From Naegleria gruberi (lineage: Eukaryota): a stretch of 64,000 bases of DNA. How positions within the stretch are numbered: the first letter of the stretch is position 1; every line of letters begins with the position of its first letter. Location of the stretch: the NCBI GenBank assembly GCA_000004985.1, contig GG738845.1; one strand, 5' to 3'. The notes under the pieces are model-generated. The model did not search any database. It saw only the letters and a program-made list of their open reading frames with translations, and had not been told where the DNA came from. This document shows positions 54,901 through 63,968 of this stretch, in pieces. The translations under genes were made by a program, and so were the position numbers.

Positions 54901-56968
54901 AACTTGGAAAATGCCAATGGTTTTACAATTCGAAGCAATAGCAACTACCAATGCTCCAATTGAGGAGGTTTTTTCTGGACTAGTAGGAGATGTTCCAAAA
55001 GGCAAAACTTTGAGGAACATACAATCAGAAAAATCTTCTGAATTTGGAAGAATAAAATTCAATGAATGAATATTATAGTAAGAAGGTGAAGGTGGAAATA
55101 TTGTAGATTCATAGATGCTAGAGAGGTTGTGAGTGAGAGGGTTGACTGATTTTACGTGAATGACTTCAATACCTTTGTTTGTTGAGCAAAACAAATGAGG
55201 AGAAGTAGGAAACCATGAAATATTTGTTGCATTAATTTGAAAATCTTGAATATTGGTCAAAACATCTTTAGGGCTATAAAATGGTGTATCTCTTATATGC
55301 CATGCTACAAGATGGTTATTATCCTTATCTAATGATGCCATTATTGGTAGACTTGGGTGGCATTCCATATTTTTAACATCTCCAATATGTCCTGTAAATA
55401 CATTAAGTAATTCTAATTGAGGACGTTTAGCCAAGTTTAACTCCCAACTAGATAACATTCCATTTCTACTTTGTACATAGATTGTTAAAATTTTTGGAGT
55501 TGTAGAACCCAAATCAAGATTTGAATCATCAGCTGTTTTGTAAACCATTGATACATTTAATGGATCTTCAATACCTTTTAATGCATTAGGCATCTTTATC
55601 CACATGGAAGTTTTTGGAGTTCTTCTTGGAAAATCGGCCAATCCTTGTAATAAATCAATCATTAATGTACCATCAGATTGAACTGTTCCTAACCATGTTT
55701 GTGATTCGAATAGACCTGTATCAGAACTTGCTTTTTGAAGTTTAGTCTCCAAACTGATCTTTGTCTCACTCTCTAAAATTATATCCTTGTGATCACCTTC
55801 ATAAGACTTCTTTCTTTTTTTTCTGAGGTATTGTAGAAGTAGCTCATTTGGGCTCCTCTCATTAGCTGTATTTAACCATTGCACATTGGAAGGAGTTTCC
55901 TTTTCAATGATAGAACAAACATAAAATGACAAGTCTTCATTCTCGTTTGTTTCACTCCATACACGTACCACATTGTCAATAGATGTTGTCAATAAAACAT
56001 TAGCTGTAAATTCATCTCTTTGTTGTGATTGTATATCCTTAAATCTCCATGAGATGGAAGTAACTGAACGAGGATGAGGTAAATAAATGTAGGAAAAACT
56101 TTCTTCTTCATCATCCTCAATAGTTTGTGAAGTAGATTTTGGATCTACAATAGTAATTACTGGAGTAAATAATGATACTCTGACTTGAGGTTTGTTTCTA
56201 TACCAAACCTTTACAAGACGATCAAACTTGGACACTGTTGCAAAATATTTTTCATCTGGTGAATATGCAACTAAGTAAATTGGAGTTGGATTGTCATATT
56301 TCCAAACCATATTCCATTTCTAAACTATATTATAAATTTCTAAACATAAAGAAACATACATAAACTTGATTTCCTAGAATAGGTTTTCCTTCAAAAATCA
56401 TTGTAGTTTTTCCACCAACAATTAGTCTATCACCATAAAAATTCCAATCCATGCATTCGAATTCATCTGTTGAGTTAATAACCTGTTCAACAATCCAAGA
56501 AGGGCTCTTTTTCAAGGCACCATTGTCAACCTCATCTTCAACTGGAGAATAAATAACAATTTTTCCTCTTGAGCAAGCAGCAATTCTTCCATGAAGATTA
56601 CTCCATTTTACGCTGGTAATAGTTTCATCATGACCATCCAATAATTGAACAAAACTATTTCCACAATAAACCATAACATGTCTTCCGCTTGCAAAAGCAA
56701 TCACTTCATCACCCATAAATGTTGACCATGTAAAAGCTTGAGGATAGGGATTAATAGAACCAGGACAAACCTGCCAAGCATTAATCCCTTTTGATCTGTT
56801 GATACTTGGTGTTGTCTGTTGTTCCGTTGCATTGGATCCTAATATATTTAAACCGTTTGAGAAGATATTTCCTCCAAACGATGATGAAGAACCAGCAGGT
56901 GTAGAGGGAGTACTTTTTGGTGTATTAACCAAAGGAGTAGTGGTTCCGCTCGAAACACCGTTAAACAT
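48928..56968 (-). CDS. Giant protein of about 2,630 aa with WD40 propellers at both ends and a central Rav1p_C-like region, like rabconnectin-3alpha/DMXL/Rav1 (V-ATPase RAVE complex). Four exons: 56968-56360, 56319-54780, 54733-51420, 51375-48928.
   Basis: Four ORF-track pieces join in frame through introns 56320-56359 (GTATGT..TTTAG), 54734-54779 (GTAAGT..CTGTAG) and 51376-51419 (GTAAGT..GAATAG). The central block reads ...AAAYFLLADNPKDAISILIKSAKEYDLAFFIARLYCGDD.... This resembles the Rav1p_C signature (AA.FLL.G...DA..VC...L.D.QLA..IARLYEG). The C-terminal and N-terminal regions are WD repeats. Confidence 0.55.
51930..52440 (-). repeat. In-frame tandem repeat inside the DMXL-like gene. There are about 7 copies of a unit of about 75 nt, encoding SGNL(A/S)SGTLSGFGGMSGMGMGNSM(A/T).
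   Basis: The repeat is visible directly in both the DNA and the protein (...SGNLTSGTLGGFGGMSSMGMGMNSSMTSGNLSSGTLGGFGGMSGMGMSNSMASGNLSSGTLSGFGGMSGMGMGNSMSKT...). Its antisense reading gives the spurious proline-rich ORF 51829-52455. Confidence 0.8.
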
Positions 56969-57113
56969 TTTTTTTAAATAGATTTTTTAATACGTAAATC
57001 TAAAATAGGTTTATTAATTTAATAAATACCTAATTATTTTTTATTTATTTATTAAAAATATTTTTCGTCACCTTTTGCAAAGTAGATGTAATTTTAACGA
57101 AATAATTTACATT

Positions 57114-57668
57114 TTATTCTAAAACCATTTTTTCTTCATTTTCCTTTTGTTCCTTACTTCCATTATATACAAGTCTATCAAAGGAGCCAAATATTTTTTC
57201 CTTATCAGGAATATCAAGGTTTGTTAGGATGGCAGGTATCTTTGACATTATTTTTGGAAGTTTGGGTATTGGATTTTCTTTTGTTAGTTCATCACTCGAC
57301 AAACAATGTGCAAATATACAACAATTTTCATCCTTTACATTTTTTTGAACAAAAGTCTTGTACCAAAATTCCAATTCCTTTACATGATTAATGTTTGAAG
57401 GATTATACACTATAATACATCCGTTCATGTCCTTCATTATTGCAGGCCAACAATTTTCGAAATTTCGATCTCCAGAAATATCCCAAAGTTCTACCGACAC
57501 CTTTTCCATTGATTGCATCTCTCTATCACATTCGCAAATTCTTAGACCCATAGTTGGTCTGTATTCATTTGAAAATTCCTTATATCCACTAAGAAAATTA
57601 CAAATAGCACTCTTGCCACTCTTTTTTGGTCCAACAACAATAAGTTTTACAGTTTGTGAGTCACTCAT
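57114..57668 (-). CDS. IFT22: Intraflagellar transport protein 22 (IFT22/RABL5), an atypical Rab-like small GTPase
   Basis: The match to human IFT22 is close: ILFVGPCESGKTVLANFL / ELWDCGGDAKFESCWPALMKDAHGVVIVFN / EMWYSCFVQQ in human against LIVVGPKKSGKSAICNFL / ELWDISGDRNFENCWPAIMKDMNGCIIVYN / EFWYKTFVQK here. The start is a genuine ATG. Confidence 0.75.
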   Translation of the reverse strand: MSDSQTVKLIVVGPKKSGKSAICNFLSGYKEFSNEYRPTMGLRICECDREMQSMEKVSVELWDISGDRNFENCWPAIMKDMNGCIIVYNPSNINHVKELEFWYKTFVQKNVKDENCCIFAHCLSSDELTKENPIPKLPKIMSKIPAILTNLDIPDKEKIFGSFDRLVYNGSKEQKENEEKMVLE

Positions 57669-57683
57669 TTTTTTTGTAGTTTT

Positions 57684-57703
57684 ATTGGCACTCTCCCGCC
57701 AAT
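57684..57703. promoter_or_regulatory. Inverted CCAAT pair with an embedded E2F-like core (ATTGGCACTCTCCCGCCAAT), 16-35 bp upstream of the IFT22 ATG. It sits in a divergent promoter shared with the gene at 57909(+).
   Basis: ATTGG ... CCAAT form an inverted repeat. TCCCGCCAA resembles TTTCCCGCC-type E2F sites. Confidence 0.3.
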
Positions 57704-57908
57704 ATGCAAAAGAATAAGAATAGAATTTGTAAACCGGTTATTTCTCTTGAAGTTTTCGTCCACCATTCGAATGTTAGAGGTCATAACCGATATTTGATGC
57801 TGGTACCTTATTGCACCACTTAAAAATTTAGAGTCCCCACTAAACAATAACGGGCAACAAATTGAAAAATTTGCCAAGTCAAAAAAAGACACCAAACTGG
57901 CTTGAACG

Positions 57909-58652
57909 ATGCACTTCACAAAACCAATTGAAATTCCTCTCAACAGGTCCACATACCACGAATTAGACTACAATAGATATTGCCAACACTTTAGAACTAT
58001 TTCTAAACCTACCACACACCCATGTGTTAGTAAACAGAAGAAACCTATTCTGTTGGAACATCCCAAGATGCTTTCAAATTTGCACAAGAACTTTTCTTCA
58101 CAATCCATGAAAAAATTGGAGAAAGAAATATTGTTTTCACAACCTATTTTGAAACAATCATATGCGCTGCATGAAGATGAGCTATTAGAAGAAATGGTTT
58201 GCATGATTAAGAATCATAAACTCGCAAAACAAAAGGTCAACTCTACACAAGAGCCAGTTCATCAATCAGATAACGAAGAAACCAGAAGATTATTTGTTTC
58301 CAATTCACTTACAATCAAATTTCTAGAAGAACAGGATGTTGTCTTGATTACAGTATCTGAAGAATTACAAATTTCACAAGTGGTGGATGCCAATTTTCAT
58401 TTAAAGGTTGGGAGAATTGTTAAAAAATTAGAGTTTGATGAGTGTTTAGTAGAAGTTGGAACTAATGACATTGTTACTGTGCCATCATTCTGTCTCTGTC
58501 TAGAAGATAGGGTTTTGTTTGATAGAATGCAAACTATGAGAAATAAGATGATATTCAGAAGAAGCAATGAAGAAATTAATGAATTGGAAATATCAATGGA
58601 AGAAAAACAAGATGTTTCCTCAAAACCAAAAAGAAAGTTCAAGAGTTGTTGA
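57909..58652 (+). CDS. Hypothetical 247-aa protein
   Basis: The ORF is uninterrupted from a genuine ATG. No family was recognised. Confidence 0.4.
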   Translation: MHFTKPIEIPLNRSTYHELDYNRYCQHFRTISKPTTHPCVSKQKKPILLEHPKMLSNLHKNFSSQSMKKLEKEILFSQPILKQSYALHEDELLEEMVCMIKNHKLAKQKVNSTQEPVHQSDNEETRRLFVSNSLTIKFLEEQDVVLITVSEELQISQVVDANFHLKVGRIVKKLEFDECLVEVGTNDIVTVPSFCLCLEDRVLFDRMQTMRNKMIFRRSNEEINELEISMEEKQDVSSKPKRKFKSC

Positions 58653-58883
58653 GCTGTCAAATTAATTTGTAAAACAACAAATGAATGGTAGAAAGAACTT
58701 AATTGAATTAAATGAGAAAGAAAGCTTAATGAAGAATTGATGTATGAATTCAAATCAGACAATTTGATAATATTTTACAACAAACCAGTTAACAGTTTTT
58801 TGCAATAAAGTGCAATGTACGATCAATCATAAAGGTTTGAAGATTTTAAACAACGTTATTACCATCTGGCCAAGTTTTATTTT

Positions 58884-59891
58884 TTAAAAAGAGAAGAAAT
58901 GATCACCACGTTTCATTTCTAATTTTTCTTCCAAAACCTTCTTCATTGCAGCCAACATTGGTGGAGGTCCACACATTAAAATATTCATCTTATCACCCTT
59001 TGCTGGCAAGTACTTTTCAATCAATTCTTGAGTAATAAAACCAACACCTTGAGTCCAACCAGCTGGTGGTTCGTTCAAAACATTGAAAAGAGTAAAGTTC
59101 TTGTGTTTAGATGCCAATTCCTCGAGTCTATCACGCAAAATGATATCTTGTTCAGTCAAATTACCATATAATAAACTAACTTCAGTCTTGTCATCTTCAT
59201 GTTTGAGAATTTCTTCAATAACTTGTAACATTGGAGTAATACCAGTACCACCGGCAATCATACCCAATTTGTTATACTTGTTCTTTTCATATGTAAAACG
59301 TCCCTTTGGACCACTAACCAAAATACTTTCTCCAACTTGCATATTTTCCAAATGTTGGGTCATTAATCCTTTTGGATAAATTTTGGCAACAACATCGAAG
59401 AATCCCTTATCATCATTAGATGATGTTGGTGTATAGCTTCTAGCGATTTCTTCTCCATTGATTGAAGCCCTATTACAACAATTATTCCGATTGTTAAAAA
59501 GGATAGTAGATTACACTTACTTCAAGGAAATGTGTTGACCGACTGGTAAACCCAAGCACTTTCCAGTTGGAAGTTCAAATCTAAAGAGACGAACTGGGCA
59601 TTTAACTTCAGGACCATCGGTAAGAGTGATCTTTTTGATGAGTTTGAATGGTCTATATTCTTCGGTGGAGAGAACACCTTCACTCTTTACAGCAGCAGTA
59701 GTATTACTGGTAGTGCTGATTGGTTTGGTTGGTTTACTACCCATAAGTTTTTTAATTAAAACTGAAAAAGCTACTATAGCAAAAGCTGTTACTCCAAGTG
59801 TTGTCAAATCTCCGGAGAGAAGTCTTTCAATTNNNNNNNNNNNNNNNNNNNNNNNNNNNNNNNNNNNNNNNNNNNNNNNNNNGATCTTCAT
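58884..59891 (-). CDS. NADH-cytochrome b5 reductase (FNR-like flavoprotein) with an N-terminal membrane anchor. Exons at about 59891-59521 and 59469-58884. The 5' end is interrupted by an assembly gap.
   Basis: Exon 2 reads ASINGEEIARSYTPTSS...GKMSQ-like...MIAGGTGITPMLQV...LLYGNLTEQDIILRDRLEEL...MCGPPPM. The human CYB5R3 equivalents are RPYTPISS, GMIAGGTGITPMLQVI and LMCGPPPM. The intron 59470-59520 (GTAAGT..TAATAG) is in phase 2 and frame-consistent. The run of 60 N at 59823-59882 falls in the N-terminal anchor region, so the true start is uncertain. Confidence 0.75.
59823..59882. other. Assembly gap (60 N)
   Basis: A run of n characters in the sequence, inside the 5' coding region of the b5 reductase gene. 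Confidence 1.
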
Positions 59892-59995
59892 TAATTCGAA
59901 ATAGATTAAAGTTGATTTCAAAAATTAATGCATGTATTTTACGGCTGTTGATTTTAAATTGATTTAAATTATTATTTATTAGTTTTGAAACTTCT

Positions 59996-61955
59996 TTAAT
60001 TGGACCAAACATCCTTTTGATATCTGTGACCTAATTTTTCCAAATAATCTTGGGCATCCTTTTCAGTCATTCTACCATATTTTTGAATACTGTTCAACAT
60101 TACATTTTCTACATCCTTTGCCATATGTTTAGCATCACCACAAATGTAGAAATAGCCACCATTATTCAAAAAGTTGAATAATTCTTCACTTCTAGATTCT
60201 AATCTATGTTGAACGTAAACCTTATTTCCTTGATCTCTAGAGAAGGCAACATCTAAAAGAGAAATAACACCATCTCTTTCTGCCTTTTCCATTTCTTCAC
60301 TATAAATATAATCTTCACCTCTCTTTCTACAACCAAAATAGAGATGACATGGTCCTAGTTCAACTCCTCTATTCTTCATAGCTGTTCTTTGTTCAAGGAA
60401 TCCAAGGAATGGAGCAATACCAGTACCAGGTCCAACCATGATAACAGGAGTCTTTGGATCTTGTGGAAGACGGAAACTTGATTGACGAACATAAATAAAA
60501 GCCTTTTTGTCTACATCAATTCTTTCCAAATATGATGAACAGACACCTTCCTTGTTTGCTCCGATTGGAGTAGTATACTTGACAACAGCAACAACGGCGG
60601 AAATAGTATTTGGATGTAATTGAGATGAGGAAGCAATAGAGTAGTAACGAACTTGCATCTTTGGAACAATTTCTAAAAGGCCGTCAACTGGTAACTTGAC
60701 AGATGTGAAATGATTCAAAACCTCAAGAACATTACGACATCCTTCCTTAACAAAAGAATTGTACTTGGCTTTACCCTCCTCGCTATTTGAAGCAAGAAGT
60801 TTGAGTTCAGTACGTTCAGATTCATTTTGAGCATAGTGAGCCATAACTTTGAAAGCTTTCTTCTTTGCGAGTTCATTAAGATCCATATAATAAGTGAATG
60901 CAATTCTGAGAGTCATTGCATCCTTTGGGAAATAACTAGCCAATCTGTTATCTTTGTGATTTCTCAATTGGAATGGTGCATCGGCTTGTTCATTAGTAAT
61001 TCCGATTCTAGCCAAATAAGCATTTACCAAATTTTCATTATTAGCTGGATAGACAGCCAAGTGATCGCCTGCTTCATATTTGATTCCACTATCAGTAATG
61101 TTGAAATCTACATGAACAGTACTTCTATTATCCGATCCAGAACTCTTCAACAATTGTTCCTTCTTACTAATGGTAGCCAAGAATGGGTGTTTAGCATCAG
61201 GAGCAGAACTTGATGATTTGAATGGGGTCATGGCAATATTCTTCTTTAAGAAGTCGAGAGTAAACTTTGGTTCATATTCCTCTTCTTCTTCTGTAATGGT
61301 TGTAGAGAAAATGTCAGAAGCTGTCAATAACATGTGTGACTTCCATTCTTCAAAATCTTCTTCAATATCAGCATCAGCATCACCTTCTCCCTTTCTAAAG
61401 AATCTTTCACCACCGAGCTCTTCAAATCTTTTATCAAAGAATCTCGCCATTGCTTGGTAAATCTTGTATTGCTTGTTACCCAATCCAAAAACAGAAAACT
61501 TGACACCTGAAAGCATATCAGAGGAAATACTTGTGTCTTTGTAGTATTCATAAAAATCACGAGCGTTATCAGTTGGTTCACCCTCACCGTAAGTTGCAAC
61601 CATTAGGATGACAAGTTTTTCATTTGAAATTTGGTCAGGCTCAAAGTCAACCATATCCTTAGCAACAGCATTAAAGCCGTACTTTTTAGCATCTTGTGCT
61701 AATGTATTAGAGAATTCTTCAGCTGTACCTGTTTGAGAACCATAGAGAATGAGCATCTTTGGCCTTCCATCATCAACATATTCCTTGCTAAAGTTTAAAA
61801 TTATTTTAAATTTAATTATCTTATACAGTAGAAAATAAAACCTACTTTTCTTCTTCAACTTCTTCTTCGGTTTCTTGGTTATCCGATCTCAGGACAAACC
61901 AGTAGGTAAAGAAAGCACCAATAGCAGCCAAAAATCCATATAAAATGTAACTCAT
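59996..61955 (-). CDS. NADPH-cytochrome P450 reductase (FMN plus FAD/NADPH domains). Exons 61955-61846 and 61787-59996.
   Basis: Exon 1 (MSYILYGFLAAIGAFFTYWFVLRSDNQETEEEVEEE) is the N-terminal membrane anchor. It joins via a 58-bp intron (GTAGGT..CTTTAG, 61788-61845), phase 2, to KEYVDDGRPKMLILYGSQTGTAEEFSNTLAQDAKKYGF.... Other matches are YYSIASSS, GPGTGIAPF and the C-terminal DVWSN; human POR ends DVWS. Confidence 0.85.
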
Positions 61956-62175
61956 TTTTTTTTGCTTGTTTGAGGTACAGTCGGTAGGTATCCTTTTAGT
62001 TTTTATTGCGCACAAGTATGGTCGCATACAGTCGGGAGTGATGCCAGGACAAAGGTCAATCAATACGCGTCGGAATACATGTTTTTTGTGCGGTAGGTAG
62101 TTGGAATATTAATTCATAATTATTAGAATTATTTAAATACATTGTATTTAATTATTAAGTTAAATTTTTAAAACA

Positions 62176-62673
62176 ATGATTATTCGGTTTTCTAAAAAAT
62201 TAAAAATGAACGAACAATCAGAGGGAACAAAAAATATTCAACAGGACAGTCAAGAAGATGATCAACTGGAAAAGAAAAGATCCACCTATAGAGAAAGAAG
62301 TAATTCTGCAGTTAAATCTGCACAAATCACTTCGGAAAATCAATCACATACTAAAAATTTGGAAGAATTAACCGAGGAAATGTTTTCGGATTTTATTCAA
62401 TTATTGCAAGGAGAAATGCAAGCAGGATTTAACGAACTTGATTTATTACAACAAATGAATGGAGCCATCTCCAAGAAATATGAAAATTTGAATGGTAGAG
62501 TGGATATTGTTCATTCAAATCTTCAAAAAATGATGAAACTTTATGAAAATTTACAAAATAATTTTCAAGAAGTCGATGCTATTGATCAATCTGTTTCTGA
62601 ATTGGCCAATGTTGTAAATTATTTAGATCATTACACAAAACAATTAGAACTTCAATTAAAACCTTATTTATAA
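62176..62673 (+). CDS. Small coiled-coil protein like BLOC-1 subunit 2 (BLOS2). Alternative ATG at 62206.
   Basis: ...TEEMFSDFIQLLQGEMQAGFNELDLLQQMNGAISKKYENLNGRVDIVHSNLQKMMKLYENLQ...VSELANVVNYLDHYTKQLELQLK follows the BLOC1S2 pattern (...EDMFSKMATYLEKEL...LLENMNKLTSLKY...AALEQAAYKLDAYSKKLE). Confidence 0.45.
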   Translation: MIIRFSKKLKMNEQSEGTKNIQQDSQEDDQLEKKRSTYRERSNSAVKSAQITSENQSHTKNLEELTEEMFSDFIQLLQGEMQAGFNELDLLQQMNGAISKKYENLNGRVDIVHSNLQKMMKLYENLQNNFQEVDAIDQSVSELANVVNYLDHYTKQLELQLKPYL

Positions 62674-62807
62674 AAAAAATTAAAAATACAAATACCTCGG
62701 TTATCAAGACAACTTCAAAATCTCGTTCCGATTTCTAAAAAACAAAAGTTGAACCAAATATTACTGTTATTTTATAACAAACATTTTTTATCAGAAAGGT
62801 TGGGAAA

Positions 62808-63890
62808 ATGGGAGTCGGTATATGTCTTGTTAATAATCCTCATTCACTAGAGTGGAGTCCCTTTATTGAAAATCAACTTGCTGTGGCAACCTCAAACAGA
62901 CCAGGTCATACACCAATTTCTGGCATTATTTATTTACTCTCTTTTTTACCAAAGAACGAAATTGAAATTGAACATCAAATTCAGCTAAATGTTGGATGTC
63001 AACATATCCTTTGGTCACACAGAAACGAAAGTATTCTTCTCAGTTCCTGTCATGATAATGTATTAAGATTTTTTGATACACAGAATACAGATTGTATGTA
63101 TAGAGAATGGTTCGATACTCAAAGTATCTCAAATTTGGATTGGGATAAAATCTCTCTAGAGTGGATAATAACAGGAGGAATAGATTCATCTATCAAGTTG
63201 TATCATGAAAATCAAGATTCCAATGAATCTCTTCAAACATTTCACACTAAAAAACATGAACTTGTCATTAAGGAACAAGAATCAAATTTGGAAAGTATTG
63301 ATGATTTGCAGGCCCCTCCTATTCATGATATTCAGTGGAATACTCATTCTCCCATGCAATTTCTCACTACTGATAGAGATGGTTTTGTGTGCTTATGGGA
63401 TTTGAGACAAGAGGAAGATCCTTGTGTTAAATCGTTTAGAATTCATAACAAGACATGTGCCTTAAAAATGGATTTGAATATATTTGATGAAAACTCTTTA
63501 GCTTTGGGATGTTTTGATAATTCATTAATGACCTATGATTTGAGAAATGTGAAGAAACCAAAATCTATTCTATCTAACATTCACTACTCCCAAATAACGT
63601 CAACACAATGGAGTCCACATACGCAACATTTAGTGGCTACAAGCTCCACTGATAGAACATTAAGGATATGGGACATGAGAGAATCAAATAACCTATTGCA
63701 ATTCAATAATGATACCCCAAATGATTCATACGAGACTGAAGTTAGTTTTGGAGGGAGAGTGTCAAATTTTAAAAATCAAAAGATGGAAGATTGGGTGAAT
63801 GATATTGCATGGAATATTCATGAAGTTGGTTTGATGGCTCTATGTTGTAATGATCAACTTGTAAAGGCCTACAATATTAAAGAAGATTAG
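62808..63890 (+). CDS. PEX7: Peroxisomal targeting signal 2 receptor PEX7 (WD40)
   Basis: The sequence matches human PEX7 block by block. Here: SLEWSPFIENQLAVATSNRPG..., NESILLSSCHDNVLRFFDT, DWDKISLEWIITGGIDSSIKLY, TQWSPHTQHLVATSSTDRTLRIWDMR. Human: [90 protein letters not shown]. Confidence 0.75.
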   Translation: MGVGICLVNNPHSLEWSPFIENQLAVATSNRPGHTPISGIIYLLSFLPKNEIEIEHQIQLNVGCQHILWSHRNESILLSSCHDNVLRFFDTQNTDCMYREWFDTQSISNLDWDKISLEWIITGGIDSSIKLYHENQDSNESLQTFHTKKHELVIKEQESNLESIDDLQAPPIHDIQWNTHSPMQFLTTDRDGFVCLWDLRQEEDPCVKSFRIHNKTCALKMDLNIFDENSLALGCFDNSLMTYDLRNVKKPKSILSNIHYSQITSTQWSPHTQHLVATSSTDRTLRIWDMRESNNLLQFNNDTPNDSYETEVSFGGRVSNFKNQKMEDWVNDIAWNIHEVGLMALCCNDQLVKAYNIKED

Positions 63891-63968
63891 ATGCGTGATT
63901 GGAAGCTGGTAAAATATTACTGTCGCCCTATTTTATCTCCTTTCTTTTTTTAACTTTCTAATAAAAAA

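Noticed and set aside
57725-57790. A 7-bp inverted repeat CGGTTAT/ATAACCG as a possible tRNA or small-RNA gene
   Set aside because: The 45-nt spacing is too short for a tRNA. No box A or box B elements are present. It is retained only as a possible promoter hairpin in the IFT22 finding.
59827-60012. 61-aa ORF overlapping the end of the P450 reductase and running into the N gap
   Set aside because: It is a frame-shifted shadow of the P450 reductase 3' end (the reductase ends DVWSN*) plus N translation. It is not an independent gene.
61842-62063. 73-aa ORF MIDLCPGITPDCMRPYLCAIK...
   Set aside because: Only its last 36 codons (MSYILYGFLAAIGAFFTYWFV...EEE) are real. They form exon 1 of the P450 reductase. 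The upstream part is 5' UTR read through in frame.
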